Virus record (IMG/VR): IMGVR_UViG_3300044591_000410
Coordinates: 4,159-68,158 of that record
Strand: one strand, 5' to 3'
Source: a virus
Length of the DNA: 64,000 nt
The position numbers and the translations under genes were made by a program. The notes under the pieces were generated by a model, which did not search any database, was not told the origin of the DNA, and saw only the letters and a program-made list of their open reading frames with translations. Shown one piece after another: positions 31,801 through 35,523 of this stretch; the stretch's first letter is position 1, and each line of letters opens with the position of its first letter.

Positions 31801-32664
31801 GGTTTGGGTAAGATTACTTATAAGTTTGAAAAGAATTCTTTGGGTGCTCAGCTACTATTCCTAGGTAGCTACCCCTTAGCTGCATTTAATACTTATAGTA
31901 TTCGTAATGGCACAAGCAAGACCGCAGCAGCAATGATTGCACTATCGCTGGGTGTCTTTGGATTTGAAATCTTTGCTAAGAGAATGAGAGATACTATGCG
32001 GGGTAAGAGAAACATGGAATCCAACTACGATGAGTATAGGGTTTCTCCGCTGGCTTACTTCCTGAGGGATGCCTCATATGCTCAGCTTGGTGGTCACCTA
32101 GATGCTGCCCTTGGCCCTATGTTTGTCATGGCAGGCAAGTCTATGGCTCCACCCGGTACAAGTAAGGATTTCAAGTATCAGGCTCCAGAGTTCGGGGTAA
32201 TGCCTCAGGCAGCTTATGTCAATGACCTAGCCCGTCAGACATACCAAGCTGTTAATGGGGTAGTAACTAAGGGCGATGGAAAGGAAGCGATAGACCTAGC
32301 TGGCCGGGTTGCTATAGATATGTCGGTAGGTAAAGGTGTAGTGGATACTGCTGGTATGATGCTTAACCTTATGGAAGCTACTAAGGCAGCAGCCATAAAT
32401 CAACAACTACATCAGTATGGTCCAGTGCATACACCTACGGAAGAGGCATTCCATGATTATTTAATGCAGGGATTAATCTCTCATTATGTTTATGGAAGTA
32501 CTAATATTCCAGAATTTAAGATGCCACCCGAACCTATGGTTAAACAGCCCAAACCTACAATTAAACCAGTCAAGGTAGGTTCTCAATTTAAGAAATTAAA
32601 TATAGTAGACCAACTAAAGGGATCTACTGGAGTTTCTTCCGCTTTGGCAGAATCTTTAGAATAA
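19861..32664 (+). CDS. Giant internal virion protein, gp16-like (4267 aa)
   Basis: Last gene of the ejection-protein block; Gly/Ala hydrophobic segments near the N-terminus; long coiled coils; C-terminal region resembling gp16 relatives ('YLSNDL..I..KY', 'LGAQLLFLGSYP'). Confidence 0.7.
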   Translation: MTQYSTLGQSNSFYSNFGYFQPLEETDYQNVINKSINDNINVSLAGELQPNIFSTGDYSLKLTKGGPVNPTAVDLANSVLLDKTQEWMGGIFGRQPAVIDAAYYGLFGEKASGWKYVPFVDSWSKVEQERRRVDEQFVANKQKEIDTLLSERYKEQAPLVVEALQRNLGVNWKETFAKGANNKNAYAEQVYRFLLDETRKTTNKNALYSSLLNLKSNDKPIWNWTYANILSDYDVLASTALTLGVESLLTGSAVTLSAAASSATASAARATGIRLGATQGSEGVIRLAQTIGKTTGSPNWWSLFKSDYTLSTRLPAATRNAQRVLTQALQSGKITQDQIKVLQRLRPDLFTTAATGETIIANPFSIATNARKYLQFRGLEIAGTGQKVAINSVNRSKLVDALSKVALTTDDILLVGKSSSHLNYLFKVGKSGAVQGALDGATNAVFMGKERADQMLMAENIDIPSYNLSEVISSAALFGAFGFTLGIGFGAITSPVRTGLSALTAIDGRASLGTPNAKRGLLQYVGPDRMTESEFNLRNALASVVGKQAALAAEVNANSRVAIVRDIVKLLTGSEEIGVRLVDPKFLEANNLTIEEVSGLITFITQELIGKSSKSSQIGSIPAGLMDDIIAAYAQWKRANPTAAVNAFEIKAVAGEDFLKRLTEHGVNTNNSGKPSVLKTQTIDEINQEVSFLETVEAVEKLGASVVDGKIKVLKRRKQILEAKELRRKELPDLKKQLEELNTKDKTPEVEADIKKLEEKIKRYERQAGEPLKDNNPNAVIIRSSSTSVRTLQINGFDISTSRSGLLLSMWLDTVNKIHALAGQNTAEARKAVNQLRQEAKELEEQIDSLYRKPEEKSREEIRKNWFDEQFATIKNDPTKLAQFRQALGAALSQSSATTGSRAVSMNWLSQLRFESGLGELYTRLASYGTGTADLMYSVSDVLFHTMEMLDSSQLFSYASLADMGSSLSVKEAVDRGYRLAMGVNSITEQLRRMDPRKAALIEQRVVRDIREGATQLSDTVGLNEAEINLANDLITNTRKFFTFFGDQAKKLGKDFEDSFTYVPQMLTRKLDSTQQAKLAQLGYEAAVRKIMKEGSIPWSELERLGQIERGTDGSIINIPETSLFYKTDDAGKALPLSEMVAQMPKTMDELRLLEAQRRKLNNELAELPEDLRQILEAPNTARVNKEKLKRALDEQKNRVKKLFDRAVGVNGGFNIFDINALAKSLYTMKKYATELGELDYVAYADDLLKKLDDNGLAINEKPTSPRDHIINGQDDLIKAGSKVEDLELKVVDTFAPEITLTRTAPDGTKTVEKLSEGFVVKQWVDKTKAPGLDFENPAMSLQTVLLNRAGSVAEKQAAANAGFQYTISNIVSRLEDMTGTSAGDSVRIGFNIEDLRTGFITEEHIFNWMRSEKFKSELNQIRQLTKNTGLNDVELGLLLINKYVGEAKEYQLKSIKQLAEQRATTLLENSPYAKSLQLEKTRINQELLQIEEAIKLTSSADEQKLTNLTKQKIKLLVEKENLSKELKEMEQAISLKVSSQIERTLANVSEDINTLFLKSRRAGKPLDNLDTLTVFDKRLNKVLADALNIENPNFVSWKPVDSEALSSQVKTRVVTDLEQTTKLYQQKTNLVLERIKLQKEISNTTPPSLIDAIEKAYKAAGVDDIEKAVKTFAKNNDRISKLVKTIKQKKKQLSALADDTSEEAGVLTNDIAKLEETLEKSLNKVRKTVMSERAKVATEVKKKAIKQLEKDKAKAQERLTKVEEAIGDLSNQIKALDKKSEVSVYGTLFNKLSGEEQEALLEYIKLTKGTAVGLESLVFTEQLGKELENLFEFGGPEALAKWGISPENFVDNKLNAAGRLEYLQYLAKEMPGEKGAELKASRAKFIEESTSMEKPKINLETDPKAVIERAKLRNKAIQEARELENKIVQSIEDLDADYELAAALDKVKEALELASTNTSLTEAVKVSISTELDNAKAVIQILSDLDPRFETALGYVKKQLDSIDFTNASKTGDLLVKVNKAIQALSVEDYPIKEALRTFQSSELKRLQEEYGVNIANYIETADKISDLQDSLYNELANIELGPEALINPADPNSMTYRQLFDMLYNLKHNQSNARKAIRDHLGSLPFDTADKADKLKALFTKLDELEAVEQGLIKANLEGHSLKFGEAVSNWVDETRTAFDVFKTGVNKTESTRFFNLMKEGLNTGYLISRVRGEDGKYLYRVLDLYHLTDQRYGSIVPTEVHADFDKIVSIIQVRKQTRSNLTFDKVLQRKKKLLSENEAIYGPTFEYLESFKTIVDGASVFDINYGAFFNGPELIRKEVESLRKTIQDSLEVVNTGRKEVIAAINDIQKAGRSEAKVANLSPELRSLMAEALKRQREYQETISKLLKEGFVGTNPQQAKALQSVFDRIQKLSKLSIELYEGKIPTSYEVQKAVAKAPELKAFKNRATANRRRLLKKELEENADILDSEINTANEVKELNRLGKLSKSIKREMRRVENGESSELFIKTPEGYVIPDPNLTMDRLVTLLNLSDTRPEYAVIRETANDFLRHVIYKRLVKQNKLAGREVNFRYADAIGRDVDQIEDIVGTVFASFLDFERKIAVNEPILISAGLSVKTKDLLENAQRLFDTYKASKDRAEQQELLRQIYKIEGDLDTVLLQRKLKRDDTGKVIRKKDGTPVIETSFVKYEPVDKKIKTNYLVSAAIKKYVAQSFKKNTNVERYEKALSEGLVENNVGLRSSNGDYIDPTRAEEQFEINQLLSMFAFDRDSFNQYLLRTGKLNTLGVMPNNLTNIGVIQRGYSFFIEELLRVTSLDVPEVTIGNKKYQILTKPEERTLLGRREVSRLNTNEFLRYMVDRMALEYRTLAKDSTVPSIIGNLSLEYSDKQLKEIFSRELIKEYLRVVRKDIRKVVGDTFIDLDEVPAGRLLNRLEEERRSILKNFSDEVRKNSSSKDWVDVTKPRLEAAKNKKLAALDAQIASAEKKIGRLPALIRTLEEELFEESLKPTIKNYKTIPIDRDITGVVTKTNRGGAKSTRSLTDLIGKYLNGTYSESIFVRDIQFAARQSDLLKAFNNYVKRNYDVDTFEEYVIKKAKDNTDEYADGLTKGIELRQEAPYAIEKIDEAEQVMLGIISENFKGQTEKVYLGLAETDKDTALLFLTTELAELQKNLTKMGASQEKLEKVTKVQIKALSELLTQYSDSPLAAKAEYNAFPLLNELRKVSNEAVTNVSEGSPAYLIASKLSIEDVNAYKRVAGSLLLNENVKDASKILPEQSIINILNDLESFGFIQKLSTSPFKTIEDLVAQNGSVASMFELTTQSLNNSLNKVLDFSPESLILGNAVRSSTAQHRIMGTLRSATLKKKLASVAPDSDEARRITDEINNFLSSVEKTEAEEIFQAMDRLFLLQRMQKNIGKLKPEDVVSVEASAGVSKEDIISFLKRKEAENVLEIDALSAKISTYKANNSTKIIPKVMEKEVGKLPDVSVEPWKNGKLVSVADQIMDALKGNTKHYTGKHAGATKTGLQEDMEAWAAGMNGEPYTPTTSGTVPILESARAKSYDGSGKPYFNNDDLVDPQNAELASYLSNDLGAITQKYAKTAGASLSADVALRDKIKQKYGIDLPKNFGWSDWMDVLRDYVEGLKRNPLVDFEGRAIKMSDKEINHLKEIIDGMSRIRREFTGEVDSTELPPHGIRQAAKMGKNALLSTVGPFMGTAVLLTELPFSLFRKNGSLKSFLKGLEVLSTGSSRRRLEHTAFAFEKLNRGFHSKFGGEELINNEITWFNRLKENFRNMFSPDERMLRESGAGRLWDHLDNFLQHKAALSMELGGLPHFVERVLAVALEKEKTNIFGLRSKIRNALSLMNTPEFRAVAEQAARGDKKAQAEIVKRFTGIARESGVPIETLSYIRMAKIDTPEEMDRIIRIMEVGSDGNGSFDGNVAISKLYKQSNSRVAKNIEMPMFEESAAKLAYFLELSAREASPEPFGLGKITYKFEKNSLGAQLLFLGSYPLAAFNTYSIRNGTSKTAAAMIALSLGVFGFEIFAKRMRDTMRGKRNMESNYDEYRVSPLAYFLRDASYAQLGGHLDAALGPMFVMAGKSMAPPGTSKDFKYQAPEFGVMPQAAYVNDLARQTYQAVNGVVTKGDGKEAIDLAGRVAIDMSVGKGVVDTAGMMLNLMEATKAAAINQQLHQYGPVHTPTEEAFHDYLMQGLISHYVYGSTNIPEFKMPPEPMVKQPKPTIKPVKVGSQFKKLNIVDQLKGSTGVSSALAESLE

Positions 32665-32667
32665 CCA

Positions 32668-32686
32668 ATAGTTGGAGCTATGGAAG
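32668..32686 (+). promoter_or_regulatory. Putative phage RNAP promoter copy (phiOR-like position)
   Basis: ATAGTTGGAGCTATGGAAG, matches the 5-copy consensus ATAGYTGGGGCTACKGATA. Confidence 0.6.
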
Positions 32687-32843
32687 AACAACCCAAGGGG
32701 TATACTAGGTATATCCCTTGGGTTGTACCATAGTTGTCCTATAGATTTAATATATTATAATATTATATACTATAGGGGAATAGCTTAGGAGTAGTATAGG
32801 AGTCCCCTAAGGGGGAATCCCTACTCAACCAAGCTATCCCCTA
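32676..32843. repeat. Two long inverted repeats flanking an AT-rich tract (end-of-genome / origin / packaging region)
   Basis: ACAACCCAAGGGGTATAC-TAG-GTATATCCCTTGGGTTGT; TAGGGG-ATAGCTT-GAGTAG...CTACTC-AAGCTAT-CCCCTA; tttaatatattataatattatata between them. Confidence 0.7.
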
Positions 32844-33160
32844 GGAATCTACCCCGGTAATTGCGGGGTTGGTCCCTAGTGGATATCCTTGGTATCTGTC
32901 ATTATGGCGGTAGAAATCGACTTAGGGGTCGTGGATTTACAACGGGGTATTTGACATAGTGTGGCCGCGCACACCCCCCGCCACCCCCCGTCGATGTCCC
33001 CTAGGGGCATATGCCGGGTCAATCCGAAGCAATCCGAACAATTTGCCTAGGATTCCCATGCTCCGAGTTCATGGGGTATATCTATTGGAATCAGAGGAGT
33101 TTCCCATCAGCGTGATGGTATCCCCTGCTTCTTTCCTAGTGTTCTCGAAAGGAACAAGCG

Positions 33161-33427
33161 ATGTCCAACAAGGATATGGCTGCGGCACTCGCCGCTATCG
33201 TCGCCCTGCTCTCGCAGCAGGGCATCACCGTCCCCACCACCAAGCCCGTGAAGGCGCGCAAGGCCAAGGCGAAGGCCGAGCCGAAGGCCAAGCGCAAGAA
33301 GGGCGCAACCCCCGCTCAACGCGCTCATTACAACTCCATGAAGACCAGCCACCCTTGCCCGTTCCGTCCCGGAATGGTCGAGCGTGAAGCCTACCGCGCA
33401 GCGAAGGCTGCGGGGCTGATTGGCTGA
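33161..33427 (+). CDS. First early gene, small basic K/A-rich protein
   Basis: GAAAGGA SD; GC-rich codons; histone-like 'KARKAKAKAEPKAKRKK'. Confidence 0.8.
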   Translation: MSNKDMAAALAAIVALLSQQGITVPTTKPVKARKAKAKAEPKAKRKKGATPAQRAHYNSMKTSHPCPFRPGMVEREAYRAAKAAGLIG

Positions 33428-33430
33428 TCG

Positions 33431-33485
33431 GGCGACAACTTTGGAGTACCCACCCTACGGGGTGGGACTCTCCTAGGCTGTTGCC
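33431..33485 (+). ncRNA. Conserved cis RNA hairpin motif, copy 1 (cUACGg tetraloop)
   Basis: Core GGAGTA-CCCACC-CTACGG-GGTGGG-ACTCTCC; homologous to 35413-35463 with compensatory changes. Confidence 0.7.
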
Positions 33486-33493
33486 AAGGCTGT

Positions 33494-33523
33494 GCCACAG
33501 CAGAACTGTGGCTGTTTCTTTCT
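33494..33523 (+). terminator. Intrinsic terminator-like hairpin
   Basis: GCCACAG-CAGAA-CTGTGGC followed by TGTTTCTTTCT. Confidence 0.5.
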
Positions 33524-33537
33524 GAAAGGTTTCAAAC

Positions 33538-33654
33538 ATGGGAATCATTCTTGGTACTTTGGCTTTGTTGGGTCTTGCAAGTTTCTTGGCATTTGCAGTC
33601 ATGTGGGACACCATGACCCCGAGCGACCGCCGCAAGGCGGGATTCAAGGACTAA
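33538..33654 (+). CDS. 38-aa early membrane peptide (not in ORF track)
   Basis: GAAAGG SD; MGIILGTLALLGLASFLAFAVMWDTMTPSDRRKAGFKD. Confidence 0.65.
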   Translation: MGIILGTLALLGLASFLAFAVMWDTMTPSDRRKAGFKD

Positions 33655-33660
33655 CATTTC

Positions 33661-33696
33661 ACTCAAGGTAAACCTAACGGTTTGCCTTGGGTTTCT
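33661..33696 (+). other. Intergenic hairpin (terminator or RNase III-type processing site)
   Basis: ACTCAAGGTAAACC-TAAC-GGTTTGCCTTGGGT followed by TTCT. Confidence 0.55.
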
Positions 33697-33763
33697 AGGT
33701 AGCACTTTGCTACCAGCAGCGTCACGGCTGAACCGTGATATTCCTTACAGAAAGGAGACATCC

Positions 33764-34141
33764 ATGAAGGATGTCATCATCGTGACCCGCCATGCGGGTC
33801 TAGTCATTGTCCTCGCAGAGGACTACGGAATTGCGGGGCCAGTCTTGGCCCACGTTACTGCCGCAGATGTACGCGGCAAGGCCGTCGTTGGAGTGCTTCC
33901 GCTGCATTTGGCTGCGGAAGCGAAGTCGGTGACCGAGGTTACCCTGAATCTCCCCCCCGAACTGCGGGGGCAAGAACTCACCATTGAGCAGGTGCGGCAG
34001 CATATGAAGGGACTCCGCACCTATGTGGTGCGAAGCCTTGAAGCCTTCAACCTCAACAACGAAGAGGAGTGGAGGTCGGGGTATGGTGGAAGCATGGGGT
34101 GGGGCTCGATCCCCGACCCCATCGGGAGGAAGTCGAAGTGA
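33764..34141 (+). CDS. Csx16 (Cas_VVA1548)-like protein, candidate cyclic-oligoadenylate ring nuclease / anti-CRISPR
   Basis: 'IIVTRHAG', 'AHV', 'VVGVLPLHLAA', 'LNLPPELRGQELT.E' and 'LRTYVV' follow the Csx16 pattern SRHxG..H..VIGTLPxHLAA..LDLP..LRGxELS; GAAAGGAG SD. Confidence 0.8.
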   Translation: MKDVIIVTRHAGLVIVLAEDYGIAGPVLAHVTAADVRGKAVVGVLPLHLAAEAKSVTEVTLNLPPELRGQELTIEQVRQHMKGLRTYVVRSLEAFNLNNEEEWRSGYGGSMGWGSIPDPIGRKSK

Positions 34142-34452
34142 AGAAGCATCAGCCTTGGGGCAAGGACATCGTTATCATCAAGGTTTACGACCTTGATGCC
34201 GTGCTCCTCTTCGACCGTGCTGTAATCGAAGAGGTAGCAAGGGAAGAGGCGGAGAAGATCGCCTCGACCCTGTTCCCCGGATACAAGGTGCAATGGTGTA
34301 CCCCGTCCGGAAAGACCCTTGGTCAGGTGACTGCCGCACCTGCACCGCAACACAAGTTGCCTGTTTGCCCTTTCTGTGGGCAACTCCTTGTCACCATGCG
34401 TGACGAGGTTGGAGCAAAGTGCGCCATGTGTTTCAGTTGGATCCACGGATGA
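34138..34452 (+). CDS. Early protein with C-terminal Zn ribbon
   Basis: GTG start with GGAGG SD; CPFC...CAMC. Confidence 0.65.
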   Translation: MKKHQPWGKDIVIIKVYDLDAVLLFDRAVIEEVAREEAEKIASTLFPGYKVQWCTPSGKTLGQVTAAPAPQHKLPVCPFCGQLLVTMRDEVGAKCAMCFSWIHG

Positions 34453-34508
34453 TAGCGATTCGTGGACGCAGCACCTCTCGCGCGTAAACATACGCGCGTT
34501 GGTATATG

Positions 34509-34597
34509 GGCTTGATTTGTCCTAGTGGACAACGGCCCACGGCCTCTGCATACGCGCATATGTGTATGCTTATGGCGGCTTGATTTGTCCTAGTGGA
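34509..34597 (+). repeat. Perfect 21-bp direct repeat, candidate promoter or operator
   Basis: GGCTTGATTTGTCCTAGTGGA at 34509-34529 and 34577-34597 in a non-coding gap. Confidence 0.85.
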
Positions 34598-34700
34598 GAT
34601 GCTCACCCCTGCATAGGCGAAGGCTTATGTGGGGGTTTCACCATGCATCAGCGTAGGTGTATGGTTGTTTGGTTTCTTTCTTTATGAAAGGAAGGGGCAA

Positions 34701-35408
34701 ATGAACATCAGCCCCGATATCGTCCAGCAGATCCTCCTCTCCCTCTTGCAGAGTCAGGCTGCTTCTGCCACCACCACCGTGGCTCCCGCTCCTGTGGCTA
34801 CGGCCTCCCCTTCGTGGGTTGACGCAGTCACCGCTGCCTTTCCTGCCATCGTTGGCAGCAACGGCAAGCGCGGGTCGATGAACATCGCGAAGAATCCTTG
34901 CTTCACGGCATCGACAAAGGAAGTTCACGAAGGTGTGAACAACGAGATCGCCAACGGCAAGCCGGGGATTTGGTGCGCCGAGGCTTGCTACCGTGCTGCC
35001 AAGAAGGGCATTGCGGTCAGCGAGTACCTCAAGGCCAAGACTCCGGCTCCTGCCAAGGCTGCAACCCCTTCTCCTACCGTTACGGTGGCGACCATTCCGC
35101 CTGAACTGGCGGCAATGGCCGAGCAGATGGGCTTCACCTTGGTTCCCAAGGCTGATGCTTCCGTGGCTCCCCCTGTCAAGCGCATGAAGGGGCAGGCCCG
35201 TTTGACCTGCCTTCAGACTGCGTTGGCTGCGGCCAAGGCGGGCGAGCGCGGCGCTGCCAAGGTGGAGTTGGTGCAGGTCGGACTCCTCAAGGAGTCTGAC
35301 AAGATGCGTCTTGGCAAGATGATCCCGCTGATCGAAGCGGAGATTGCCAAGATGACCACGGTCAGCAAGGCTCCTCACGCGGGAGTCCCCAACCTGACGG
35401 TGGCCTGA
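34701..35408 (+). CDS. Early A/P/K-rich protein, probable paralogue of 33161-33427
   Basis: GAAAGGAAGG SD; shares SM..PC(P)F..(R/K)PG..EA(C)YRAAK..G motif with the first early gene. Confidence 0.8.
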   Translation: MNISPDIVQQILLSLLQSQAASATTTVAPAPVATASPSWVDAVTAAFPAIVGSNGKRGSMNIAKNPCFTASTKEVHEGVNNEIANGKPGIWCAEACYRAAKKGIAVSEYLKAKTPAPAKAATPSPTVTVATIPPELAAMAEQMGFTLVPKADASVAPPVKRMKGQARLTCLQTALAAAKAGERGAAKVELVQVGLLKESDKMRLGKMIPLIEAEIAKMTTVSKAPHAGVPNLTVA

Positions 35409-35412
35409 ACAT

Positions 35413-35463
35413 CCCGAGTTTCGGAGTATCCCTTCTACGGAAGGGAACTCTCCCAAACTTGGG
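35413..35463 (+). ncRNA. Conserved cis RNA hairpin motif, copy 2 (cUACGg tetraloop)
   Basis: Core GGAGTA-TCCCTT-CTACGG-AAGGGA-ACTCTCC; followed by hairpin TACTAGTAAC-ATACGG-GTTACTAGTA (35465-35490). Confidence 0.7.
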
Positions 35464-35523
35464 GTACTAGTAACATACGGGTTACTAGTATAAGTTAGCA
35501 TCTTCACTAGAAAGGAGAATCAC

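Noticed and set aside
19861-32664. Giant ORF as an N4-like virion RNA polymerase ('LDGATNA' resembles motif A)
   Set aside because: The match sits in a Gly/Ala hydrophobic segment, and no correctly spaced motif B (R...K...YG) or motif C was found; position and termini fit gp16
32936-32980. Sigma70 promoter at TTGACA (32951)
   Set aside because: No credible -10 hexamer at 16-18 bp spacing; early host promoters could not be assigned by eye
32959-33387. 142-aa + strand ORF across the terminal region
   Set aside because: Overlaps the better-supported 33161-33427 gene in another frame, has no SD and has low-complexity composition
34509-34597. Mini CRISPR array near the Csx16-like gene
   Set aside because: Only two 21-bp repeats with a 47-bp gap; too short, no typical repeat end, and no cas genes
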